A stretch of DNA of 63,786 nt, the filler included, from Intoshia linei (Eukaryota; Animalia; Orthonectida), in NCBI GenBank assembly GCA_001642005.1. It is 9 parts of 9 records of this genome, joined end to end, with 100 filler letters (N's around TTAATTAATTAA, not from the genome) between each part and the next. Parts side by side here need not be neighbours in the genome. Positions count along the whole stretch, not along the records: positions 32,154 to 43,281 come from LWCA01001201.1; positions 43,382 to 54,717 come from LWCA01001180.1; 7 more parts are not named here. One strand, written 5' to 3'. The notes below the pieces were generated by a model. It was given only the letters and a program-made list of their open reading frames with translations, was not told where the DNA came from and ran no database searches. A program made the position numbers and the translations under genes. Positions 40,562 to 53,989 of this stretch are shown one piece after another. Numbering within the stretch: the stretch's first letter is position 1; every line of letters begins with the position of its first letter.

Positions 40562-43381
40562 CTTTAATTATATTAAATGTTTGCTTTGTCGTGTTTCTGA
40601 AGTTACTCAAATTTGTCACGACGATGAACTCACAAATTTGAAAAATTTTTGATATTTACTTTAGCATCAACATTTAAATTTTGATAACCAAGAAAATAAA
40701 ACTGATTTTAGTTTTAAAAAAACGACATAACGATTTGAAAATATGACGTTAATTATGAAAAAGTATCTTATGTTTTAAAAACATAACGCTAGTTACGAAA
40801 AAACGACTTGATATAGTGAAAATGTCTAATAATATTTATTAATAATACAGGGTTGTCCACTGATATAAACTATTGTGCATTTATATAAACACTAGTGTGC
40901 ATTCATATACGGACCATTTTGTAAGATTACTAGGTTGACTATAATGTACTACGTACAAACAGCACCTAGTTCATTTAATTTAGACTACAGACCCAAGTTA
41001 AAACTGAAATATTAAGATACCATATTATACCTACCAACCATATTACAAAAAAATTAGAAATATTCTATGGTGTGAACACCATAGAATATTTTTATCCAAT
41101 TTAATTTAGTATATTTAGTTTAGTTACGAAGTTTATTTTTATGATATTTTGATTTACGATCATTTGACTACGATCATTTGAATTTACGATCTTTTGATAG
41201 TGCGCCAGGTATAATGCGTATTCGTTTTATTATTAAAAATTTTAGTTTCTATTAAATTAAGATTAGAAAAACCCTTAAGTGGGCATTGTTATATTTTTTT
41301 AATTCGATTTGTATGTCTTACAAGTGTTACACCTTTGTTCGACGTCTTTCTCTGTTTAACTCAAAAAAAGTCATCAAAAAATAAAAATATTTGGTGTAAT
41401 ATTCATATTTGTTGTTAATTTTGATATATCAACCAATGAGAATTCAGATAATAAACTATTTTTCAATATTTTTTAGGAAAATCTTTATTTGCAATGCGCA
41501 ATTCGACTACCAACATTTACGAAAAAAAAAAGTCACATAGTTAAATATAAATACTAGCTTAATTTTTATGAAGGCTAAGAGAAACTCGCAAAATTTCTAC
41601 TTTTTGAAACACCCTAATGTATATACTAAATAATATAAGTATATTATATGATAAGCTTTTACATAAGTATAAGTATAAATATATAAGTATTTAGATTTGA
41701 GTAGTTTGTGTTTTAGTATTAATGCCGAAATCATCTTGCTATTTGGTTGTCATTTACATTATGATATTTGTGTCGCGTTAATCTGGTCTATAACTTAGAA
41801 ACCAATATACCTGCTTTCTAGTTTACTGACAATACGAAAAAGGGACCAATTCTTAATTGTGTGGTTGACACATGGGAATTTTGTAGTACTTTCTCCTATC
41901 TAGAATATAATAAAATGTAAAATAATTAATTAATAGAAAAAATGAATATTAAAAAATAAAGTTGATGCTTTGTACTTTTTTATTTACCTCGTCGAGTTTA
42001 ATGCAGAATATTTATAAATACTTTCTGCTATAAATAGATTATCTTGTACCGTCATATTATGTACGAAATTTTAAATTTTGATCCAATTTACTTTGCAGTA
42101 CTTATCCGTAAATTTATATATTATACGTTATAAATTTATTTTAGTGGTGTTTAGCATCTTTACTTATTTAAAACGTACCCAAAAATCTCAAATAATAACA
42201 AGGTACTTGTATATTTATTTTTTTTGTGTACATTTTAGATGTAATTATATTTTAGACACGTTGAAAGTGAAAGTAACGCATTTCTAAACAAGTTTGTTAA
42301 TAATGTAATTTGATATAACTAAACAATAATGAATAATGAATAATGAATTGAGTATGAAATAATTAAACATACAATAATAAAATTGACATAAAATTGTATG
42401 TTATCTTTTCTTATCTTAAATGTCTGTTTGTCTGTAACCATTTATTTTAAAAGCTAATGGGCCTAAAATTTTAAATAACAGAAATTCTAGGATAATTTTT
42501 TCCTGAAACTGTTTGATGATAAATTTCATGCTTAAAAATTTGGTTCTTTATGTTTTATTACCAAGTACATTAGGGTGTCAACGGTATCTTAAATGCAATG
42601 CCGCTCAGGAATAATTAGATGCTTATATACATTTAAAGTGTTAATTCGTTGAAAAAAATTATTTTTATACACTAATGAACTTGCAGGCTCTAATTAATTT
42701 TTCAAAATAATATTTAAACTTTTATAAAAACAAAACATATGTTTACTCTATTTTAAACATAATTTATTTATTTTAACCTTTTCATTTTAATTTTTTTAGA
42801 TTTTTAGTAGTTTTGTCATGAACAATTGTTAATCTAATCATTAGATTCTAATGATATAAGGTTTGTCTTTCCAATCTTCTTTGTTGGAATATTTTAAATG
42901 AGTTCAATGAGATGATCATTGATCAATGATTAGTTATATATTATTAGGGTCTTAAATACTTTAAAAATTAAGTCTTAATCTGAAAGATTAATAAACAATA
43001 CTTATTGTACTATTTCCTTATTATCTACTTAACTATACATACACAAATGTAAGTAATAACTAAATTTATGATTATGTAGTTGCGTTTTAGTCATTAATAA
43101 TTAAACCATAAATACACTACGTATTTTCATTGTTGTAAATCATTTCTGAAAAACCCATCAATTCATTCCAATTTTACCAATTTTATTTGTTTCACATTTT
43201 ATTTTTAAACTACAATATGAGATTAGTTATTTTTTTATTATAATAAAAAAACATAATAGGTCATTAATCTGTGGTTTTGTTNNNNNNNNNNNNNNNNNNN
43301 NNNNNNNNNNNNNNNNNNNNNNNNNTTAATTAATTAANNNNNNNNNNNNNNNNNNNNNNNNNNNNNNNNNNNNNNNNNNNN

Positions 43382-43450
43382 ATAAATATAAATATAAATA
43401 TAAATATAAATATAAATATAAATATAAATATAAATGTAAATATAAATAAA
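43382..43450 (+). repeat. (ATAAAT)n microsatellite at a contig end
   Basis: Direct reading. Confidence 0.9.
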
Positions 43451-43710
43451 ATAGTGAATCGATTAAAATTTTGGTTATTTTGATATAATTTTTTCAATGA
43501 CGCAATTTTTAGTGTTGTCTAGTGTTATTTTGTAACCACGTTAATTATTTAGTAATATGTTTTTTCGGGTATCACATTTTTTCCGAAATTTGAAAATTTT
43601 AAGGACAATCAGTTCACAATCATATTTTTATCTATGATACATGCCATATGAAATGTGACTCTATTGATTACAAATATGGATAGAGAACATCTATAATATT
43701 TATAATTTAG

Positions 43711-46700
43711 AAATATGCCCCGCGAATGAAAGAATTCTTAATACCATCATTACAATTCTTTCGGATACGACAGTATCTTATGACTGTATCAAGGATTATG
43801 AAGCTTCTAACAAAAATATGATGTTACCATTAATTTTAGAATGTACTGATTTTAAATGGCCACCAGTCCAATTGAAATGTAAAAGTATGTTAATTAACTG
43901 TAAATATATAAAAATATATTTAACCATAATATAATATAAAACCAACGGTGTCTTTCAACTTCAATGTAAACTTTACACAACACTATATTATTGTATTATA
44001 CCGACCGTCATTATGAAGCCGGTTCAATAAGGCACCCTAAATGTATATTTTTTAAGACATATGTATCAAATTTTTTAAAATGTGATTTTTATTGCCTTTT
44101 TTATTATATATATTTAATGCAATGGTTTAATATGGGAAATGGAAACGGTACGTTCATTAGATTTAACTATTTGTAATGCATTACAAAACAAACATGCTAG
44201 AATTGCTATTCAACCGTTATTTTGCAGAACACCGTTTTTCTCGATAAAATTTTTCCATAATTATGATTATCGTATAATTAAATTAGCTAAAATTTCTATA
44301 GATAAAATGCATAGATGTTCCGAGAGTAACGTAATATAAAGGTTGAAGAATATTTATACAGCGCCTAATTTAAATTTTTATTTTTATTTTGGTACTTTAA
44401 AAAATATTCAGAAATTTTCTGCACAAAATTGCTTGACTTGTTTGACAGTAAAACTACATTTATCAACGACACGAAATCTCAATTAATTGGTACTTACGTA
44501 CACATTAACTGTTTTGCTGGACACGAAAGTAGCTTTAAAAAAGATTTAATTATTAAATGTAATAATAAAGGAAAGTGGATTAAACAATTTCATGAATTTG
44601 CATTTGAATTTACCATGAGCAGTTATTACGAATGTCAGTGTAATTAAAAAAAATCTAAAAAAAAGTAAAGTATATTCCATTTAGTGTTGAAATGTAAATC
44701 TGAAGACTTTCCTAAAATCAGCTTTTATGGTCAAATTATGCTTGATTCAAAATATAATGATTATGATGAATACCTTACAGAATATAAACCTGGTAATCGA
44801 ATAGATTACAAATGCAGAAATGGGACAAGAAGCGAAGAAGGTTCAACACAGATAATTATGACATGTTTACTGGGCGGTATATGGAATAAAAAATCCATCG
44901 ATTGTTACGGTCAAAATTTATTATACTATAAACAAAATACAACAAACATTGTATATTAATATCAAAATTAATTTATCAATTTAGAATTATCGTGTAAACC
45001 GTTTAATATCCCGGGATTAGTAACATCATCAAATAGTACGCGTAACAATTTTATAGTGAACGTACACTGTAAAAGTGGATATCAACTATATCTCAACGGG
45101 ATGATTGCATTACTAAATGAAACATTGTTCATAAAATGTTCTCAAGGTTCATGGATATATTCAACAAATCAAAAAATTACTTGCGATGGTATACTTTTAA
45201 AGTATTTATTAATTTCGTCTAGCAATTAAATGTGATGTCAAAAGTTTGAACTTGGATATTAAACATAGAAACATTGAGCTAGTATTGAATCAACACTATT
45301 TTGATCAAGATACATTATTGAAGTGTAAACCAGGATATCGTTATTTTATATCGAAATATTATGTTCAAGATACTAAGCTAATAATTAAGTGTGGTATTAA
45401 TGGAAAATACGTCTTAAATGAAAAAATTAATTGTAGTGGTAAAATTTTATAAAATATATATAAAAGTTATTATAATAAATCAATTATGAGACAATAATAA
45501 CAAACTAAACATTTCCTACATGTTTTTAACTCAAAATTTAGAAATATCATGCGACTCTAAAAATTTAAATCAAATGATATTGCCGAATGGTAGGTTTAAT
45601 GAAATCATCTTTCGAAATTGTTCTTACGCTCATGTTTTTTCTAAAAAGTTTAACAAAATTAATTTCAGATGTAAATTAATTGATGGTAAACGTTTCGATT
45701 GGTTTGATGTTACAAGGAATAGAACCACTTTACTCAGTTTAAAAAATGCTGCCGATTTTACATGCAAACGTATTTTTCACATACATTTTCATCATTAAAA
45801 TTTAAAATTTAGCAATTAAATGTGGAATGATAGCATTTTGGGATAAAACTATAATTTACAATTCGACAAAAAATATATACAAATCTGCTGTATCGTATAA
45901 TTGCGCTGAATTATACAAATTTGAATATAAAAGACAAGCGCCTCAACCTTTCAATGTTACCACTAGAACCAGTGTTTGTTCTGCAAATGGAAATTGGATA
46001 CCTCCTTTATTGGGCTGTACTGGTAATTTATACTCATAGTTAATATTAGTTATTACAACATAGTTATTGTACATTGTTAATTAAAACATATATCGGGTAA
46101 ATCTACATCAGACGATCAACGTATTCAAGATTAGTTTAGCGTATTTTCGTGTAAAATAATATAATCTAAAATGGGGTGTTGAAAAAATGTCGATTCGAGT
46201 GGGGTTGGTCATTTTCAATCTCTCACATAAAATATTAAAACTGAACTTTATTCGAGTCTCTAGTGGTTCCCAAACTTTTTCCACCATGGACCACTTGTCA
46301 CAAAAAAATGTATGCGGACCATATAATTTTTTAAAAAAATCCCCTTAATCATGAACACGTCACAAAGGTAATATTTATATTTTTTGACAATATATTCCTC
46401 CTTAAATCGAAAATTTTACATTAATTTTGACATGGTAGCTTCAATGGCGTAATTAAAAAAATTATTAATTTCAAACATACTTATGGCAAACTACCAGTGC
46501 CGAACCTACCGTATCCGAGATCCTTCTACCACAGGATTTCGACGAAATTTTTTTAAATTAACCGCATTAAAACAAATCTTGAATATGAATTAATTGGTTC
46601 GTTAAATTTAAAATGTCAACTCAAGATTCTTAGAGAGGTGGATAGTGTTATATGACATAATTCGTTTACAAAATTTTTTAAGCGGCTATTTTTCATTTTA

Positions 46701-48491
46701 GGAGTGGCCACAAGCTTGCTAGGTGCGGTTCTGAGAACTACTATCGAACTAAGTTAAATTGTTACATAGATTAAATTTAACGAAAGCAAACATTATTCAC
46801 GTTATTAACATTGTAAGTAAATTTTCACCTTATTTGGATGAAATGATGTTTACGTTCACTAATAATAAATGATTGATAATTTAATGAATATTATTCTAAT
46901 TTAATATTAGTGTTAAAAAAAAGGTTATATTGATTTTATTTAAAAGTTTTCTTGTGAACCACCTAGAATTTCCTGTGGACTACTTTGGGAATCACTGCCC
47001 TATAGCAGCCATTCTCAACGGGGTCCACAGCACTTTTTTGGGGTCCATGAAAATTATACACATTTTCTGTACATAAAGTAATTTTTTCTTAACTAACGTC
47101 ATATTTTCAAATAATAAAGTCGTTTATTCAAAGAAGTAAACAAAATATAACTGACTTTAGTTTTGAAAAAAAGACTTTACAATTTTAAAATATGACGTTA
47201 ATTATAAAAAAGTGACTTGATGTTAGTGATTTTTAAAAAAAATTTAATTGAAATAAACTAAAATTGATTAGGATCGACTTTTTTTTTTCACAGAATTGCT
47301 TATCTGCATATATTGTAAAATTGAATAATAATGTTAGTATTAAAATTTATAAATTTGTTTAATATTAATGGTTCATCAACTTTATCATCTCGAAAAACTA
47401 GAGTACTCTATTTCATTTGGCCATCATTCGTTTCACACGAATGTAATGATTCATTAAAAATTGTAATTATTATTAATTTTTTTGTGGTCCACAGGTTTTT
47501 TGTAATATTATCTTAGGGGTCCACAGCGAAAAAGGGTTGAGAACGCCTGCCCTATAGTATACTTGGGTGTCATATTTACTTTAAATTTTGTGATTTTTCA
47601 TAGCGTACCAGGTAGATCATATATATTTTTGATAGAAATCACGATGTCAAAAACCTTTTTTTAAAAATATTTTTAACGAAGTTGCACTTGTCAATTTGAT
47701 AATTAACAAAAAATTTTATATGTCCTCAATATAGCATTATCGTATTAGTTGTCAAATTAAATGAGAATTGTGAAATTCAATTTCGAATTCATTCACAGTT
47801 GCATGAGGAGAGTGCCTTTTAAAATAAACACACAATATTGATGAATTATTATTCATCAAATGCGTTTAAATAATTATCTTATATTTTTGAATACATTTTT
47901 ATCGAATTAATTGCATTAAGAGCATATTTTTAGAATTTAATTATTAACCAAAATTTCTCCTTTTAATTATTTGTAAATTTTACCTCAAATTTTCAATTTT
48001 TATAACATTTATTAATTTTTTATAATTCATATTTTGTGTGTCGTTTAGAATAGGCAATAGTCCTTTATGTGTAATTTTAATTGGAATAAATTTATTTATT
48101 TTGTTTGGCACTGAAATGACAAATTTTGAAAAATTATGTGACAATTATTAGCTAAAATGTATCAAATTTGATTTATTTTACTAACTAACTTTGATTGTTT
48201 TTTATTATAATTATAATATTATTTTTTAAATAAAATTAAAAATATTTTTTAGAACTTGTATCGTTTGAACAAAAAATGTTACAAAATAGAAAGGAAGCAA
48301 AATATGGAATATACATTATTATTATATTTTTTATTTTAAATGGAGTATTTGTCCTTTTAATTATAAAGCACGACATTAAAGCACTGACATTGGCTTATAA
48401 TGATTCTATATATAAAAAGAAAAAGATTTTCAAAAATAATAAAATATTTCCCAAAAAAAATACAAAGAAAACTGAAAATAAACTATCATGA
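43711..48491 (+). CDS. Sushi/CCP-repeat type I membrane protein (7 CCP-like modules + TM + basic tail); 5' end unresolved
   Basis: Symmetric phase-1 exons 43711-43884, 44412-44639, 44685-44909, 44985-45188, 45223-45438, 45542-45769, 45813-46022, each C..(Y/I/V)xC..G(Y/H)..C...W...C; final exon 48253-48491 with TM YGIYIIIIFFILNGVFVLLII. Confidence 0.82.
46261..46997. mobile_element. hAT (Charlie/Buster-like) MITE; its right end also occurs at ~7690-7773
   Basis: Ends TAGTGGTTCCCAAA / TTTGGGAATCACTG; abuts the TSD of the next element. Confidence 0.6.
47006..47549. mobile_element. hAT (Buster-type) MITE
   Basis: TIRs CAGCCATTCTCAAC / GTTGAGAACGCCTG with perfect 8-bp TSD CCCTATAG (NNNTANNN). 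Confidence 0.88.
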
Positions 48492-49207
48492 AATTGTAAA
48501 AATTCATAAATTGAATGAGATTAGAGAGGTAAGTGAGTATGAAAATTCTCAATAAATGTTTATTCATGTCTGTGTATTTATCATATAACACCTATCAACG
48601 AATTATATACGCCTAATGTGGAATTTGTGTATTTTTAAAAAAATGACTTTTATTTCAGTTTCTTGAATTTATAAATTATCTGTATTGATAATTATCAATA
48701 CTTGAGTGTTTCAATAATGTTGAAATTGCTTCTTATGTACTTTATTTTCAATTATTACTCCAACTGGAAAAGGTATCAATAGATGTTTTGTACTATTAAA
48801 TAGTAATATAGTCATCTATAGACAGTAAAAACATTCAACTAAAATGTGACGAATGGATTATGAAAAAATATAATATTATAGATAAATTAAATTAAATATA
48901 TATGTGATCCATTAAAATGAATCAGCACATTTTCCTTTATATATCAAAAATTACATAGACTATTACATTATCCTATACATAGTATATGAAAAATGGAATA
49001 TTAGGATATACGTTACATACATAAATTAAATATATTTGGTTAATCGCTTTTATATTAACCTAATTATAATTGATTGATAGATAAATTGTTTATTGTATCA
49101 AATTTTGTTGGCTACATATTAAATGTTAATTTTAGATTGATAATCAATATTATTTTATTGCTAATTATTCATGTTTTTATATATTGATTTTTCATAGTTC
49201 ATACTTT

Positions 49208-52200
49208 ATGTTTTATATTTTATTTATCTTTCTACCATTGTTTATAAATAAATGTATCGTTTGTAATGAAGAAAATGCAATTAAACATGTTTTACACTAT
49301 GGAAATACTTTGTTAAGACCCTGCCACTCCATTTCCGAAAGTGTTGTTATATTAACTGATTTTGTGTTACTTCAAATTCAGGAATTGGTTTGTTTATTTC
49401 ATATTTTTTATAAGTTGGCTTAGAATATCAAAAATGCTATATTCACTGTCACAGGATATCTCAAATTTGTAATTATTTGTTATGAAATAAATTCAATTTA
49501 TTTATGGAGTAGCTTCACTGCCTTGTATTTCATAACAACAGTTGCGAGCTCTGCCGAGGGAAATTTAATAAAACAATATAAGTATATTTATAACCCTTAA
49601 AAATCGTCTAATAAAATCAATTTCAATAACATAAAATTTTAAAAACATAATTGTGAATTTAGGTTTAATATTATCTATCTGATATATATTCAATATCCTC
49701 TTTATAAGTCAAAATATTTATTATCAATAATGAATGGTTTCTGCCCATTTAACATATTTTCCGGTGAAATAATATTATAAAAGGATAATATGAAAGTTAT
49801 ACACTGCTAGAAAAAAGTTTCGGACGTTTACAGAAAGTATTCTAAAACCTTAAAATAATCGAAATTTGCCATTTCGAAATAATATTATAATCACAACTAA
49901 TGTATTGCTTGATTTAATAACATAAAAAAGATTTTAATTAAAACCTATGCTTAATTAATCAAATTTAACGAAAATCTCCAACAATTCTATTGGAAAAAAA
50001 TCGAAGACAATTGAGTTAAAATAGCTTAATATTAATGATAATGAAATGATTATATGTTTTAATAATGGGTACAACATCCGTTTTTTTTAATAACTTTTGG
50101 ATACTAATAATAATAATAACTTAATAACGTGAGGAGGATTTTTGGCCAAAAGGACTGGCTGTGAATCCCATTATATACATAGATTATAATGATAAGGACT
50201 GTACACTAAACATTGCTACTATTAAGCAGTCAATATTTGTGAAGTCAATATCTTATATGGTATTGGAATACACAGCACTACCAAAGCACACTAGGAATAG
50301 TATTGTTACTAGGTAACAACGCTACAATTAGCTTTTCATTTAAGCTAAATTGTGTGTTTTACCGCTCAAATTAAACTGTAAAACACACAGATATTAATTT
50401 TTATATAAGTAAAGAAGTATCATTATATTGTCACATTTGTCAGGTATCTTTGGGTAATGAAATTAGTTTATAACCGAACCAACAACTGATAATTACATTA
50501 CTTTACATTATTTTTATTTTTCGAAAACTTTATCTTATTCCAAGTTTTTATAGTACACTATTCTTTCTAGGGATTGAAAATAATTGATTCCAATCAATTA
50601 TTTTGTATAAATCAATTAATTTATTTTTTTTCAATTAATTGAAAAATGGTTTTAAAAATTTTAGTTTATAGTTTAAATGAATGGCGAGTTGTAGAGAGAA
50701 TACAGTTGTGTACTGTATTTTGAAATTAAATTCAAATTCAATAAACTAAATTTATATTAAAATTAAAAATCGATAGTCACAATATTTTTATATCAATTTT
50801 GTTAAATCTAAATACAATGGTTGCTCCCTAAATTGAACAGTATCTAAATACACTCAGCGATCACTATACATGGTAATATACATTTTCGCTCTTGAACATG
50901 AACACAATTTATTGTGATTTTTCTCATAAATTTGTTGTAATTTAATTAATTTTCTATATAATTTAAGAAATTGATAAGAAAATGCGAGTTCTTCAATTTT
51001 AACAATTCATTTAATTTAAAATTTTGATTTTTCTCATAAATTTCACAATAAATATAGTATGAAATAATTAACTACAGTGTTCAATCTCTAAAACTTACAC
51101 ACCATCCATTTTTTTGCAGTTAGTCTTCAATTTAGAGAGCGATCACTGTAGTTTAATTGTCTAGTAATGTGCCGAATGTTTTAATTTGTTCTCGTAATGT
51201 TAATTATTTATACCCGGAAAAACACAAACACTCAAACTTTGAATTTTACGTACATATCAGAAAGGATTTAATAACATTTGAATTGATTAATATATTATAT
51301 AAATGATGATTTTATTCTACATGATATAAGCGTCTTCCGTACCCTGCCATAATTTATTCAAATCTACATAAATACAATGTATAATAATAATTTATTAGAA
51401 TTTCATTGATTACATAGGTTAGTACATTAATATTAACATTAGTACATTGTATTAATAATAAAAATTATTAAGTAGGAAAGTTTTTCAGATTCCCGAATAA
51501 CAAATACAATTGTATATCATATACAATCCCACAATTTTGACATTATCAAAGTTATAATTAACCAATGGATTTTGACCAATATAATTGATGAGTCATGATA
51601 TTATATATTTTATTTCATTCTGAAAAGTCATTCATAATTAATAAATTTATATAGAAATGGGTTGACGAAAATTTAAAATGGAATAATAAAATTTTCAATG
51701 TTGATGAAGTAACCGTATCATATGGAAAAATTTGGACTCCTGAATTCGCATTAATCAATTCGTAATTAAATTTAACTAAAATTTTTTTAAATAGCATATG
51801 TTATTGTTGACCGGTCTGGTACAGGATTAATTATACATCACTGTAAGAGATCCCATATAATCCGAAAAACGACTTTCATATTTCATTTTAACTTTAAATG
51901 GTACTAATTTAGAGCCGATAAACTGATTGACAATTATGAAAATTTTAATGTGGTAATTCTATCTAACGGAACTGTTCGTTGGGAACCTGGTGGAAACTTT
52001 AATTCAATTTGTCGTAGCGATGTTCGATATTATCCATTTGACACTCAAGTGTGTCAATTAATATTTGGAGCTTGGACATATGATACAAGTATGGTCAATT
52101 TCACATTTATGAATGAAACTGAAATGATTACATCTCAATACCATAAGAATGGCGAATGGGACATTTATCAAACTAAAGTTGAAAGAAATGAATTTTTTTT

Positions 52201-53341
52201 TAACAATTCTCCACATAGAAAATTTTCAAATTTGCGTTTTCAAATATATATTAGACGTAAACATCAATTTTACATTCTGAATATTATTATTCCTGGAATT
52301 TTAACTTCCATTGTTCTTTTAACGATTTTTTTTTCTCCACCATCTCAGAAAATTCATATTGGAGTAGCAGCTTTGTTGTCATTTAGACTGTACAATTTAT
52401 ATGTCTCGGACCAGATTCCGCATATGGCAAACAATATTCCTTTGTTTGGTAATATTTCTTCATTCATTTGTGGTCATCAGTGCCATGTGACGATGTAGAC
52501 TACTTCCAGAAATTTAAAAAAATTGAAAATTATAAATTCTTTAATTGATAATAATTGTATCGTGCTCTTTACACTTTACAAACTTACACTTAAAAGAGGG
52601 TTCATGTGATTAGCTTTAAATGTTTTTAAAAGAAATATGTACGGTAGTTGCCTTCTTTGGGTATAAGAGTCACATAAAATTTTGGCATCGTTTGACATTG
52701 GACTGAGTCTCAATTTACTCAATTTTATGTAAATCATTCAAATAATTATTATTTTAGCTGTTTATTTGACATCAATCATGACAATAACAATAGCCTCATT
52801 AATTGCAACGGTAGTGGTACTGAATATTCACGACATTGGAAATAAACCAATGCCTCACTGGGTAAGGATATTATTCATAGTTTTTATATCCCGTTGTTTA
52901 TGTATGTGCCATTGTTTCGTACCAAAGTCGAAAAAAACGAACCATTTAAAAAATAATATTATTTTTGAAAGCAATTTACGATTAAAATCATGTAAAAAAT
53001 TATTAAATTCGGATGTTGAAACTAAAAAAAAAATTAAACTATTCAAAAAAATGAAGTTGAATAAAAATAAACATTGTGTATCCAGAAGACACAAACGGAA
53101 ATCCTTATCTATTCAAAATGTTGATACCGATCAAAAACTTTTTAGATTAATGACTAATTCATTTGATACTAAAAAACTTAGGGAAAAAGATGTTTCATAT
53201 GAAGTTAAACAAGTTAATGATAAAATTATTGAAGAATGGAAAATTGTTAGTTTAATTATGGACAGACTTTTTTTTTATATTATTCTACTTTTGTTATTTA
53301 TTACACTAATTTTATTCTTTAAACCAATTATTCTTCAATAA
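49208..53341 (+). CDS. Nicotinic-type Cys-loop ligand-gated ion channel subunit, non-alpha, 5 exons
   Basis: Signal peptide; LRP; KWVDENLKW; IWTPEF; Cys loop CRSDVRYYPFDTQVC; FGAWTYD; NGEW; RRKHQFYILNIIIP (M1); M3 SLIATVVVLNIH; MPHWVR; EEWKIVSLIMDRLFF (M4); no vicinal Cys in loop C. Confidence 0.92.
50815..51148. mobile_element. Tc1/pogo-type MITE in the receptor intron
   Basis: TA-flanked imperfect TIRs CAATGGTTGCTCCCTAAATTGAA / TTCAATTTAGAGAGCGATCACTG. Confidence 0.65.
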
Positions 53342-53429
53342 ATTATATCAAATCTTTTGCAATCAATCATTTTCGTTAATTGTTTAATTATATTTTACAA
53401 ACACTGACTTTTATATAATTAAATGCACT

Positions 53430-53989
53430 TTAATTATCATTTAATTTATTTAAATTTTCAGATACTACTTTTAGTAAGGATTCCAGGTAGTTGGCAACGT
53501 TAATCATTTTAACATTTCGTAAATTTGATTCAGACAAGTTTTCAGCGTCTTTACCATTCACCAAATTGTTTACGTATTGTCCCAGTAGTTTTATTGGTGC
53601 TTCTTTAAGAATGTCGCAAGTGTCATCTACAATTATGTTTATTTTAGCTTTAAATGGTTAATTACTACGATACTAACAATAAGAATAAATATGAGAAATA
53701 CATGAACCAATTATTTTTTAAATTCATTCATTGATTTTAATTTATATTTACTGGATAATTTTACCTCTTGCATTCATGTCAATTTTAGGTTTTTTAGAGA
53801 ATAAATATGAATGATTAATTGTTTGATTCCAATTGTTTTTGTTGTAATTGGGCAAGTATAGATTGGGATAATTTTTATATTGAAAATTTGGTGAAAATTT
53901 GTCATCAACTTTAGGAAATAAACTTTTGTAGTAATTGTAATATGCATTGCATTTGATTAAATAGTCATTAACTTTGTTGTTTTTATTAT
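53430..53989 (-). CDS. Candidate orphan gene, last two exons
   Basis: Stop-free, phase-compatible exons 53989-53765 (225 nt) and 53626-53430 (197 nt) joined by a GT-AG intron: ..NKNNKVNDYLIKCNAYY..KKPKIDMNARDDTCDILKEAPIKLLGQYVNNL..NLNKLNDN*. Confidence 0.55.

Noticed and set aside
5519-53094. Antisense and short AT-rich ORFs (e.g. 5519, 8999, 17612, 24217, 25016, 33962, 40070, 52855)
   Set aside because: Shadows of real genes on the other strand or chance ORFs in repeats
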